A stretch of DNA of 64,000 nt, from NCBI GenBank assembly GCA_039028615.1, contig JBCCHT010000014.1, forward strand, positions 128,001 through 192,000, given 5' to 3'. Position numbers and translations under genes: made by a program. Source of the stretch: Myxococcota bacterium (GTDB lineage Bacteria; Myxococcota_A; Polyangia; Nannocystales; Nannocystaceae). The notes below the pieces were generated by a model that saw only the letters and a program-made list of their open reading frames with translations, did no database searches and was not told where the DNA came from. Shown in pieces: positions 50,201 through 60,200 of the stretch (its first letter is position 1; every line of letters starts with the position of its first letter).

Positions 50201-50430
50201 GGCGCGTCGGGATCGGGCACGAGGTCGGCCAGGGCTCGCTCGGGGGCGGGCAGCTCATCGAAGGCACGACGAAGGTCGAGCCGCTGCCGCAGCGGGTCGA
50301 CGCGCTCCGTCCACCGCTCCACGCGTTCGGCGGTCGCGGGCGTATCCACGGCGAGCGAGGAACCGGAGCGCTCGTAGAGCGAGGCGGCACGAGCAACGAT
50401 GCGATGGGTAGCGAGTCGGGGAGCGAGCAT
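47218..50430 (-). CDS. lanM: Class II lanthipeptide synthetase LanM (CCG type)
   Basis: SDRHNGGRSV, YKPR, DCHFENVIA, IDAET, RPTRLY; cyclase SHGASG, WCYGAPG, VCCG, GLFDGLAG. Confidence 0.96.
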   Translation of the reverse strand: MLAPRLATHRIVARAASLYERSGSSLAVDTPATAERVERWTERVDPLRQRLDLRRAFDELPAPERALADLVPDPDAPLPGWASLIETVASRAGRGPATERDYFMSGLPAPFQELLAHFVDEGYDRLQAAAGAELARLDDAVKADLRLRLLRSLGWLSTASLRLELRLECQRSESPLERMARQARGETSRRHYDRFIARLCADGMQSFFLEYSALARAMGTAVLHWVEATAEFVQRLDADWSALTEAFADGRDETRVARLDGGISDRHNGGRSVLIVTMGEGTKVVYKPRPLGIEVAWFDLLRWFAADGAPYQHRPLSICSRPDYGWVEFVEAAPCAARAEIVAFYERLGAMLAILHTFEATDCHFENVIAAGADPVLIDAETVMHPRFAVRPSPMGTGAQQLAREQTVHSVQRPGLLPEWTMGIDGKSMDISGAGAAEGQVTDREFMGWHGVNTDDFDLAPTRLPLGGQGHAPQLDGESASVLDHQDAFARGFERMYRYLLEARARIDAPAGPLQGFAGQRVRVVLRPTRLYSDLLENGCHPDLMRDGVDRGIHFDLLGRPPHHDDRPPYWDSVRIEHAALTRLDIPAFYAPTERAELQTGTGELVSSEFLRAAPLDGVRERLAALGEEDLALQLSYIQASIQSRNGRVTHGHDHQASEAPLEVDPASVDFVAEAERIGDQLDRAAIKADDGSMTWISFEHLFGSDAFRLGPCSTLLYGGSLGVGLFFAALHRVTGKERWKTCCHATLAHVYAEIDGGFEEGILPWSTGGLTGDGSVIYTLAKAAEYLDDPSLLARAEVVMERLATLYADDEELDATKGNAGAILGLLRMHAITGSARALELARACAEHLLPRLLGEPGAEGSRWMPGEERPLAGLSHGASGFALAFARLSELDPDPRYRQVVEAAVAYERTAFDPRVRNWYDLREADEHGRFRSVSSWCYGAPGIGMSRAAMLDSVGSPLIREDLEHAVATTRMHGAVGEGNVCCGVFGRLEALLTMGRATGRTELGDEVQAWTAAVVEQARAHGGYSLLIGLPREALQVGLFDGLAGVGFHLLRVHDPETIGTFMLWE

Positions 50431-50436
50431 GGCGAG

Positions 50437-51534
50437 CTAGACCGTGGGGGCGCGATGGGCCCAGTGAAGGTGAAAACCGAAGTAGGCCTTGACGAGCGGG
50501 GGGCGTCGCCCGTGCAGGACCAGCTTGAAGTGGTTGATGCGTCGCTCGAGCGACGGCTGGGGGAGACCGAATCGACCGAGTCCGCGGAATCGGCCGGGCC
50601 AGGTGGGCGCGCTCTCGTCCGTCCGACCGCAGAAGGCTCGCAGCGCGGCGGCCTCGTCGGCGGGGCACGTCCCGGTGGCGACGAAGTGTTCGAGCAAGGC
50701 CAGGCTGCGAGCGTCGGGGCCCTGGCCTTCGCCGCGCAGCGGGCTGGTCTCGAGCCCGAGTCGAGGCCCGACACCCGCGGCGATGTCGATGCTGAGCGCC
50801 ACGTCGTCGCTGCGCTCCATCAACGCGTGCAGGTGCGAGGCCACCGACGACGGCTCGCCGGGCCACCCGATGCGCTGGAGGTAGGCCAGGGCCGTCGCGG
50901 GCTCGAAGCCTCGGACGACCACCCGGGCCCCACGATCGGGGCGAGAGAGCATCGCGCCGACCTGCAGCACGTGCTGCCCGTCCTGGAGCGCACGAAAGCA
51001 CCGATCTAGCGTCCGCCGGGTAGTGGGGGGCAAGGCGCCGTCGGCCAGGCACTGCAGCCCCATCGTGGCGGATGCGGGCGCGCCCTGGCGAAAGTCGTGG
51101 GCGTCGGTCTGCCACCGCGCGAGCCCGAGGAACACCGAAGGCACGGCGGCGCGGTGGGGCTGCCTGCGACCGACGTCGAACTCGAGCCACAGCTCGTGGA
51201 TGCGATCGTAGCGGTGAGCCTCGACCTGCTGCGGGCTGTTGAGGTCACCGACCAGAGTCGCGACGCGGTCCCAGGCTCGACGCTCCGCGGAGGCCTCGGC
51301 GCGGTCGGGGACCGTCAGCTCCTCGGGCGTCGCCCGGATCGCGAAGTCGGCCCGTCCCCTCCCCTCGCCCAGCACCACCTCGAACCCGGCCGTCGACACG
51401 GCGGGCAGGCAGCAGGCGACCCGACGCATCGCCGCCCGACTCTCCTCGCTCACCAACCGGGTCGGGAGCGCGGGGTCGATCGCATCGAGCAGGTCGCACA
51501 ACGCGATGGCGGGTCGGGGCAAGGGGGCGTTCAC
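50437..51534 (-). CDS. Unassigned RiPP tailoring enzyme (365 aa), possibly ABBA-fold prenyltransferase-like
   Basis: Lies between precursor and lanM; motifs GFEVVL..ADF, WLEFD, PSVFLG, QVGAMLSR, RRINHFKL, VKAYF. Function is inference. Confidence 0.7.
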   Translation of the reverse strand: MNAPLPRPAIALCDLLDAIDPALPTRLVSEESRAAMRRVACCLPAVSTAGFEVVLGEGRGRADFAIRATPEELTVPDRAEASAERRAWDRVATLVGDLNSPQQVEAHRYDRIHELWLEFDVGRRQPHRAAVPSVFLGLARWQTDAHDFRQGAPASATMGLQCLADGALPPTTRRTLDRCFRALQDGQHVLQVGAMLSRPDRGARVVVRGFEPATALAYLQRIGWPGEPSSVASHLHALMERSDDVALSIDIAAGVGPRLGLETSPLRGEGQGPDARSLALLEHFVATGTCPADEAAALRAFCGRTDESAPTWPGRFRGLGRFGLPQPSLERRINHFKLVLHGRRPPLVKAYFGFHLHWAHRAPTV

Positions 51535-51551
51535 GGGTCTTGGGGGGCAGG

Positions 51552-51600
51552 AAAAATCGAAGAGACCCGGGTCCCGCCAGCAAGGGCGAAGACCCGGGTC
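51552..51600 (-). terminator. Hairpin/attenuator after the precursor gene
   Basis: Minus strand GACCCGGGTCTTCGCC-CTTGCT-GGCGGGACCCGGGTC followed by TCTTCGATTTTT. Confidence 0.65.
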
Positions 51601-51609
51601 GAGGGGGCA

Positions 51610-52203
51610 CTAGCCGCCGAGGGGGCCGGTGGGCGTGGGGGGCTCGGGCGTGCCCGGGCCGCCGGGGCAGTTCGGCACGTCGTTGGTGGTGCAGAACGAA
51701 GTGCAGGTGCTGTGACCGCACTGGGTGCACGAGGAGCCGCCCTCGGTGGGATCGGGGCCGCCCCAGCCCGCCGCGCGGACCTCGTCGACGAGCACGCCGG
51801 CCTGGAACATCGAGGGCAGGACGATGTGGATCTCGTTGTCGCTGTCGGCCAGGACGTTGATCTCGACGTTGGCCGGGAACCCGATGCCGAACGCGGCCTC
51901 GAGGCTGCCGCGAGGATCGGCCAGCAGCTGCGCGCGATAGTCATCGTCCGTCATGGCGCGACTGACCACCTGGGTGGTGATGTCCTGCTCCTGGTCGGTG
52001 AGGACCATGGTGCGGGGGATCAACACGTAGACGGACTCGTCGTTCTCCTCGAGGACCCGCACGCTGCAGGTGTCGGAGAAGGTGACGCCGAAGTCTCGCT
52101 GAAGCACCACCTTGGGCTGGTTGACCAGCTCTTGGCGGAAGGCAGGATCCTTCGCCGCTTGGGCGAGCAACGCCGAGACGGGGATGGGGCTGTGGGTCTG
52201 CAT
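51610..52203 (-). CDS. NHLP-family lanthipeptide precursor with two tandem NHLP leader domains and a Cys/Ser/Thr-rich core
   Basis: AAKDPAFRQELVNQPK...YVLIP (aa ~12-63) and AMTDDDYRAQLLADPR...HIVLP (aa ~79-130); core SSCTQCGHSTCTSFCTTNDVPNC. Confidence 0.9.
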   Translation of the reverse strand: MQTHSPIPVSALLAQAAKDPAFRQELVNQPKVVLQRDFGVTFSDTCSVRVLEENDESVYVLIPRTMVLTDQEQDITTQVVSRAMTDDDYRAQLLADPRGSLEAAFGIGFPANVEINVLADSDNEIHIVLPSMFQAGVLVDEVRAAGWGGPDPTEGGSSCTQCGHSTCTSFCTTNDVPNCPGGPGTPEPPTPTGPLGG

Positions 52204-52674
52204 GGGTATCGTTCTTCCGTTCGTATTGGGGGAGCGCCCACGGCCCTACGAACACGGGGTCGCGAGCGAGGGCATGCAGGCGACCGTGGAGACACCACGC
52301 GTCGGCTCATGCTCTCGTTCGGGGTAGAGAACGCGGGTACCGCTCGGATCACGAGTTTTTGAAAAAATCTGCCAGTGCACGTCGCGGCGGCCCACGGGCG
52401 CGAAACCGAAACGGCAATTGTCGCTCCCGGAATGATGGATTCCATCGAGCCATCGCCGCTCCCAACGCCGCGGAATTGCGAAGGGTCGTGCACGCTTCCG
52501 TGAAAGCGGTGTCACGGTTGCAGCGCACAATCATGTGACCTCCAACACCGCAGAGATCGCCGCCGGTCGTTGTGACGAATCGGAGACAAACCAGGGGCGG
52601 CCCCGGCTAGTCCTTCGTGCGAGGCTCCGCCGGAACGTTGTCGCCGGGGGGCGTCAGCGATCTGGGGAGTCTTC

Positions 52675-54282
52675 ATGAGCGACCATGGACTGGGATGGTG
52701 CGAGGGTCCGACCCCTCCTGCCTTCACCGCCGAGACCATCACCGCCGCGGTGCATGATTTCCGGCGCGAGACCTTCGTCGTCCGTCATCCGCACGATGGT
52801 TCGATCGGTGTTGCCCAGGGGGGTGGACTGGGCCCGGGGGGCGGCACCGCGCGGACCTGGCCCGTGCTGGGCATGCTGGCGCCGCTTTTTCCCGAGTGGC
52901 TGGGTGACCGCAGCTTCGCCGAGATCCACGGCGTTCGGTTCCCCTACGTCAGCGGGGCCATGGCCAACGGCATCGCCACCACCGAGCTGGTGACGGCGAT
53001 GGGCCGGGCCGGCTTCCTCGGGTTCTTCGGCGCGGCCGGTCTGGGCTTTTCTCGCGTCGAGCAGGCCGTGGCCACCCTGCGCCAGCAGCTGGGCGACCAG
53101 GCGCCGTGGGGCTGCAACCTCATTCACTCGCCGCAAGAGCCTCGCCTCGAAGAGGCGGTGGCGCAGCTGTACCTCGAGCAAGGCGTGCGGCGCGTCTCGG
53201 CCGCGGCCTATATGCGGCTGACCCCGGCCATCGTCCGCTACGCGGCGAGCGGCCTGAGCACGGGGCCGCAGGGGCAGATCCTGCGGCGCAATGCGGTGTT
53301 CGCCAAGATTTCCCGCCCCGAGACGGCGCGGCGCTTCATGGAACCGGCTCCTGCCGCCATGCTCGACGCGCTCGTCCAAAAGGGGCAACTCACCGCCGAC
53401 GAGGCCGCGCTCGCCCGCCACGTGCCGGTCGCGGAGGACATCACCGTCGAGTCGGACTCGGGCGGCCACACCGACAACCGGCCGCTCGGGGCCCTATTGC
53501 CGCTCATCATCTCCGAGCGCGACACCATCGCCGCCGCCCGCGGCTACACCCGCCCCATCCGCGTGGGTGCGGCGGGAGGCATGGGCGCCCCCCGCTCGGT
53601 CGCGGCCGCGTTCGCGATGGGAGCGGCCTACGTGCTCACCGGCTCCGTCAACCAGGCCTGCGTGGAGTCCGGGCTCGATGCCAGCGGACGCCAGATGCTG
53701 GCCGAGGCCGGGGTCGCCGACGTGATGATGGCCCCTGCCGCCGACATGTTCGAGCTCGGCGTGGACGTGCAGGTCCTGCGTCGCGGCACCATGTTCGCGG
53801 TCCGGGCTCGACAGCTGTACTCGCTGTATCGCGCCCACCAAAGCTGGGACGAGATCGCCGCGGACGAGCGCAGCAAGGTCGAAGACCAGCTGCTGCGCTG
53901 CTCCTTCGCCGACGCCTGGGACTCCACGCGCCGCTTCTGGGAAGAGCGCGACCCCACGCAGATCGAGCGCGCCGACGCCGATCCCCGCCACCGCATGGCG
54001 CTGGTCTTCCGCTCCTATCTCGGCCGCTCGAGCCGCTGGGCCATCGACGGCCAGCTCGATCGCCGCGCCGACTATCAGATCTGGTGTGGCCCCGCGATGG
54101 GTGCCTTCAACGACTGGGTCCGCGACAGCTTCCTCGCCGCCCCGCCGAAGCGCACCGTGGTGCAGGTCGCCCGCAACCTCATGGAAGGCGCGGCCGTGGT
54201 CACCCGCGCGCAACAACTTCGCTCCTACGGGGTCGCCGTGCCCCCGACCGCCTTCGACTTCCGCCCCCGTCCCTTGGGTTAG
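52675..54282 (+). CDS. pfaD: PUFA synthase enoyl reductase (PfaD / myxobacterial Pfa1)
   Basis: GAMANGI, NLIHSP, AKISRPE, ESDSGGHTDNR, MAPAADMFELG, DYQIWCGPAMGAFN. Confidence 0.95.
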   Translation: MSDHGLGWCEGPTPPAFTAETITAAVHDFRRETFVVRHPHDGSIGVAQGGGLGPGGGTARTWPVLGMLAPLFPEWLGDRSFAEIHGVRFPYVSGAMANGIATTELVTAMGRAGFLGFFGAAGLGFSRVEQAVATLRQQLGDQAPWGCNLIHSPQEPRLEEAVAQLYLEQGVRRVSAAAYMRLTPAIVRYAASGLSTGPQGQILRRNAVFAKISRPETARRFMEPAPAAMLDALVQKGQLTADEAALARHVPVAEDITVESDSGGHTDNRPLGALLPLIISERDTIAAARGYTRPIRVGAAGGMGAPRSVAAAFAMGAAYVLTGSVNQACVESGLDASGRQMLAEAGVADVMMAPAADMFELGVDVQVLRRGTMFAVRARQLYSLYRAHQSWDEIAADERSKVEDQLLRCSFADAWDSTRRFWEERDPTQIERADADPRHRMALVFRSYLGRSSRWAIDGQLDRRADYQIWCGPAMGAFNDWVRDSFLAAPPKRTVVQVARNLMEGAAVVTRAQQLRSYGVAVPPTAFDFRPRPLG

Positions 54283-54285
54283 GTC

Positions 54286-57200
54286 ATGACCGATTCCAAA
54301 CGACCTCCTTTGGCCATCGTCGGTGCTTCGGCACTGTTCCCCGGTTCCCCGGATGCCACCGGGTTCTGGCACGACATCCTGCGCGGCCAGGACCTGCTCA
54401 CCGAGATCCCGAAGAGTCACTGGCTCATCGAGGACTACTACGACCCCGACCCCAAGGCGCGCGACAAGACCTATGCCCGTCGCGGTGGGTTCATCGACCC
54501 GGTGGACTTCGATGCCGTCACCTGGGGCGTGCCGCCGGCCATCATCAAGGCCACGGACACCTCGCAGCTGCTGGGGCTCATCGTCGCCGAGCAGGTGCTG
54601 CGCGACGCCGCGCGCGAGCGCTTCGAGACCATCGACCGCTCGCGCATGTCGGTGATCTTGGGGGTGACCTCGGCCCAGGAGCTGCTCGCCGCGATGGTCA
54701 GCCGGCTGCAGCGCCCCGTATGGGTGAAGTCGCTGCGCGAGCAGGGCCTGCCCGAAGACGAGGTCCAGGCCGCCTGCGACCGCATCGCCGACCACTACGT
54801 CGAGTGGGAAGAGAGCAGCTTCCCCGGCTTGCTCGGCAACGTGGTGGCGGGTCGCATCGCCAACCGGCTCGATCTCGGCGGCACCAACTGCGTGACCGAT
54901 GCCGCCTGCGCCTCGACCTTCTCCGCGCTGTCGATGGCCGCGCAGGAGCTCTACCTCGGGGACTCTGATCTCGTGATCACCGGAGGGGTCGACACCCTCA
55001 ACGAGATCTTCATGTTCATGTGTTTCAGCAAGACCCCGGCGCTGTCGCTGTCGGGGGACTGCCGGCCCTTCTCCGACCAAGCCGACGGCACGATGCTCGG
55101 CGAGGGTCTGGGCATGGTGGCCCTGCGTCGCCTCGAAGACGCCGAGCGCGACGGAGACCGCATCTACGCCGTGATTCGGGGCATCGGCGCGTCGTCGGAC
55201 GGTCGCAGCAAGAGCGTGTACGCGCCCGTGTCCGCCGGTCAGGCCAAGGCCCTGTCGCGCGCCTACGAGCACGCGGGCTACGAGCCGAGCACGGTCGAGC
55301 TGGTCGAGGCCCACGGCACGGGCACCAAGGCCGGCGATGCGGCCGAGCTGGGCGGGCTGCGGCTCGTGTTCGACACCGAGGGCACCGATCGCCGTCAGTG
55401 GTGTGGCCTCGGCTCGGTGAAGTCGCAGATCGGGCACACCAAGGCAGCCGCGGGCGCGGCGGGCCTGTTCAAGGCGGTGATGGCCCTGCACCACAAGGTG
55501 CTGCCGCCCACGATCAAGGTGGACACGCCCAACCCCAAGCTCTCGCTCGAGGACTCGGCGTTTTACGTCAACACCCAGGCCCGCCCGTGGGTCCGCAGCA
55601 GCGACCACCCGCGCCGCGCCAGCGTGAGCGCCTTCGGCTTCGGCGGATCCAACTTCCACATCACGCTCGAGGAGTACGACGGGCCCGCCCCGCGAGCCGA
55701 GCGACTGCGAACCTGGCCGAGCGAGCTGGTCGTGCTGTGCGGCGACGATGTCGTGGCGCAGGCCCGGCAGTGGGCCGAGCGCGCCGACGAGACCGAGCTT
55801 CTGCCCTTCGCCGCCTGGACGACCCAGCGCAGCTACGACGCCACCGCCAAGCGACGGCTGGCGGTCGTCGCCTCCACGGGCGACGAGCTGCGCACCCGGC
55901 TGCTCGCCGCCGCCAAGCGGATCGAGGCCGCGCCCGACGATGGGTTCGAACTGCCCGATGGCACCCGCTACGGCGTCGGAGAAGTGAGCGGCGGCGTGGC
56001 CCTGCTCTTCCCGGGGCAAGGCAGCCAATACGTCGGCATGGGGGCGGACCTGGCCATGGGTCTGGACCGAGCCCGCGCCGCGTGGGACCGCGTCGCCGAG
56101 CACCCCATGGACGGGGCGCGGCTCGACCACCAGGTGTTTCCCATCCCCCGCTTCAACGATGCCGATCGCGAGGCGGACACCCAGCGACTGCGGGCGACGC
56201 AGTGGGCCCAGCCGGCCATCGGCTGCACCAGCGCCTCGATGCTCGCCGTCGTGAAGAGCCTCGGCATCGAGGCCCAGGCGGTCGCCGGGCACAGCTTCGG
56301 TGAGATCACCGCCCTGCACGCCGCGGGTGCGCTGGATGCCGACGCCCTGGTCGCGGTGGCCCGTCGCCGCGGCGAGCTGATGGCCGATGCCAAGGAGCCC
56401 GGAGCGATGGTCGCCGTCTCGGCCCCCGTCGACGACGTGCGCCCGATTCTGCAAGCCCACCCCGACGTGGTGCTGGCCAATCACAACGCACCGCGCCAGG
56501 CCGTCCTCAGCGGACCCGTCGACGCGATCGAGCGCGCCGAAGCGGCGATCAAAGCCGCGGGCTTGCGGGCGACCCAGCTCCCCGTGTCCTCCGCGTTTCA
56601 CTCCCCGGTCGTGGCCGGCTGCGTGGCGCCCTTTGGCGAGTTCTTGGCCGGCATCGAGTTCGAGCGGCCGGGGCTGCCCGTGTACTCGGCCGAGTCCGCG
56701 GCGCCCTACGAGCCCGACGCGGCCGCGATCCGAGCCCGCCTCGGCCGTCAGATCGCCGAGCCCGTGCGCTTCGTGGACACCATCGAGGCCATGGCCGCAT
56801 CGGGTGCACACACCTTCATCGAGGTCGGCCCCGGCTCGGTCCTCAGCGGCTTGGTCGGTCGCATCCTGAAGGGGCGCCCGCACGCCGCGGTGTCCATCGA
56901 TCGCAAGGGTCGCAACGGCCTCGAGTCTCTGAACCTCGCACTGGCCCAGCTCGTCGCGCTCGGCGTGCCGATGCAGCTGGCGCCGCTGTGGGATGGCCAT
57001 CGCGAGCCCCTCGATCCGGCATCGCGGCCCAAGCCCAAGCTGGCCATCCCTCTCACCGGTACCAACTACGGAAAGCTCTACCCGCCGCCGGGTGGCGCTG
57101 CCGATCTTCCCGCTCCCAATCCCCCGCGTGCTGCCATGTCTCGAGAAGCGAATCGTCCATCGAACCCCGCCCCGAGCTCCACGCCCACCATCGTGCCGGC

Positions 57201-60200
57201 CGAGACGCCGACGCCCGCCGCGGCTCCCCCTGCGGCCGCCCTGCCCGCGCCCACGCCCATGGTGGCGGCCCCCGTCGCGCCTGCGTCCGCTCCGTTCGTG
57301 GCGGCCCCCGCCCCCGCGGCGCCCCTGGTGACCCCCGCGGCACAGGCCCCCGCGGGATGGCTCGCGGCCTGGCAGCAGGCGCAAGAGCAGACCGCTCAGA
57401 CCCACGCGCTCTTTCAGCAGACCATGGCGCAGTCCCACGCGGCGTTCCTGCGCACGGCGGAGGCGAGCCTGATGGGATTGGCCGCGATGGCGGGTGCTCC
57501 GGCGACGGCCGGGATGAACGCGTCCGTCGCCGTGCAGCCGGCCGTGCCCGCCCCCGCTCCGATGCCCGCCGCGGCTCCGCCTGCATGGGCGCCCGCTCCC
57601 GCTGCGCCGGCACCGATGGCGGCTCCGCCTGCGATGCCGGTCGCCCCCCCGAGCCCGGTTGCCGCCGCCCCGGCGCCCACTCCCGTGGCTCCTGCACCCG
57701 CCGTGCAAGCGGCTCCGCCCGTCGCCGCGGCAGCGAAGCCCGCGATCGACCTCGAAGCGGTGATGCTCGAGGTGGTCTCCGACAAGACCGGCTATCCGCA
57801 GGACATGCTCGAGCTGTCCATGGACATGGAGGCCCAGCTCGGCATCGACTCCATCAAGCGCGTCGAGATCCTCGCCGCCGTCCAGGAGCGCGCCCCGGGC
57901 ATGCCCGAGGTCGATGCCTCCCACATGTCCAGCCTCACCACCCTCGGCCAGATCGTCGACTACATGCGTGACCTGATGGGTGAGGCGGCGCCCGCTGCCG
58001 CCCCGGCCAGCAGCGCGGCCCCGGCCAGCCCCTCCGTCGATCTGGAGCGCCTCATGCTCGAGGTGGTCGCCGACAAGACCGGCTATCCGCAGGACATGCT
58101 CGAGCTGTCCATGGACATGGAGGCCCAGCTCGGCATCGACTCCATCAAGCGCGTCGAGATCCTCGCCGCCGTGCAGGAGCGCGCCCCGGGCATGCCCGAG
58201 GTCGACGCCTCCCACATGTCCAGCCTCACCACCCTCGGGCAGATCGTCGACTACATGCGTGGTTTGCTCGGTGCGGCGGCCCCCGCTGCGGCGCCCACCA
58301 ACGCGCCCGCGGCCAGCCCCGCCGTCGACCTCGAGCGCCTGATGCTCGAGGTGGTCGCCGACAAGACCGGCTACCCCCAGGACATGCTCGAGCTGTCCAT
58401 GGACATGGAAGCGCAGCTCGGCATCGACTCCATCAAGCGCGTCGAGATCCTCGCCGCCGTGCAGGAGCAGGCCCCGGGCATGCCCGAGGTCGATGCCTCC
58501 CACATGTCGAGCCTCACCACCCTGGGGCAGATCGTCGACTACATGCGCGGCCTGCTGGGCAGCACCGCCCAAGCCGCTGCCCCGGCCGACGTGGCTGCAG
58601 CGGCTCCCGCGGTGGACCTCGAGGCGCTCATGCTCGAAGTGGTCGCCGACAAGACCGGCTATCCGCAGGACATGCTCGAGCTGTCCATGGACATGGAAGC
58701 TCAGCTGGGCATCGACTCCATCAAGCGCGTCGAGATCCTCGCTGCCGTCCAGGAACGTGCCCCGGGCATGCCCGAGGTCGATGCCTCCCACATGTCCAGC
58801 CTCGCCACGCTGGGGCAGATCGTCGACTACATGCGCGGCCTGCTCGGCGGCGCCCCGCAGCCGATTCCCACCGCTGGCACCGCCCCCTCCGAAGGCTCGA
58901 GCCCGGACATCGAAGGTCCCCCGCTCGGTCGCTTCGCCCTCGAGCTCCGAGACGCGCCCGCGGTCGGACTGGCGCAGCCGGGCCTGTTCGGAGACGACGG
59001 CGTCGTAGTCAGCTCCGATGGTGGACCCGTCGCCGCCGCGCTGGTGGCCGAGCTGACGCGTCGTGGCGTGCCCGCACGCGAGGCCGAGGTCACCGACACC
59101 ACCACCGCCGCCATCTTCCTCGGCGGCCTCCGGGCGGTGCAGACGGCCGATGACGCGGTCGCCGTGCAGCGCGAGGCCTTCACCACCGCTCGCACGCTGG
59201 CCCCGCGCCTGAGCACCACGGGCGGCCTGTGGGTCACCGTGCAGGACACCGGGGGCGGCTTTGGCCTCGAGCCCTGCCCGCCTGTGCGCGCGTACCTGGG
59301 GGGCATCCCGGCCCTGGTCAAGACGGCCCGCCAAGAGTGGCCCCACGCTAGCCTCAAGTCGATCGACATCGACGTCGGAGGCCGCAGTGCGGAGCAGATC
59401 GCCAACGCCCTCGCCGACGAGTTGCTCGGCGGTGGTGGTGAGATCGAGGTCGCGCTGTCGACCGACGGCACTCGTCGCACGCTGCGGTCCTTCGCGGCCG
59501 AGGTGGAGCCCGCCGCGTCGGTGGTGGGGCCACAGGACGTCATCGTGGTCTCCGGCGGCGCCCGAGGGGTGACCTCCGCCTGTGTCCGCGAGTGGGCGGC
59601 CGACAGCGGTGCGCGCTTCGTGCTGCTGGGCCGGACCCCGCTCACCGACGAGCCCGCCGGGCTCCAGGGCGACGAAGACGACGCCGCGCTCAAGCGAGTG
59701 CTGCTCCAGCAGGCCCGCGACCGCGGCGAGCGACCCTCCCCCGTCGAGCTGTCGCGCCAGACCTCGGCCATCCTCTCCGGCCGCGAGATCCGAGCCACGC
59801 TGTCCGCCCTACAGGGCATCGGGGTGAAGGCGCGCTACGAGGCGGTCGACGTCACCAATGCCGACGCCCTGGCCTCCACGCTGGCCGAGGTACGTACGCA
59901 GTGGGGCCCGATCACGGGGCTGGTGCACGGCGCGGGCGTCCTCGCCGACAAGCCCATCGCCGCGCTCGACGACGCCTCGTTCAACCGGGTCTTCGACACC
60001 AAGGTCACCGGCCTCCGAGCGCTGCTGCACGCCACCCGCGACGACTCGCTCAAGGTGCTGGCGATGTTCAGCTCCGTCTCCGCCCGCTGCGGCAACAACG
60101 GCCAGAGCGCGTACGCGATGGCCAACGAGGTGCTCAACAAGGTCGCCCAGGCCGAGGCACGCGCCCGGGGTCCGCAGGTCCGCGTCCGCTCGCTGGGCTG

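Noticed and set aside
47164..51009. 1281-aa plus-strand ORF
   Set aside because: Antisense shadow of lanM and its neighbour.
57745..58848. Long direct repeats as CRISPR array or mobile element
   Set aside because: In-frame ACP domains; no short repeat-spacer structure and no cas or transposase genes.
53494..59346. 1950-aa minus-strand ORF with repeats
   Set aside because: Antisense of pfaD/pfaA; its repeats mirror the ACP repeats.
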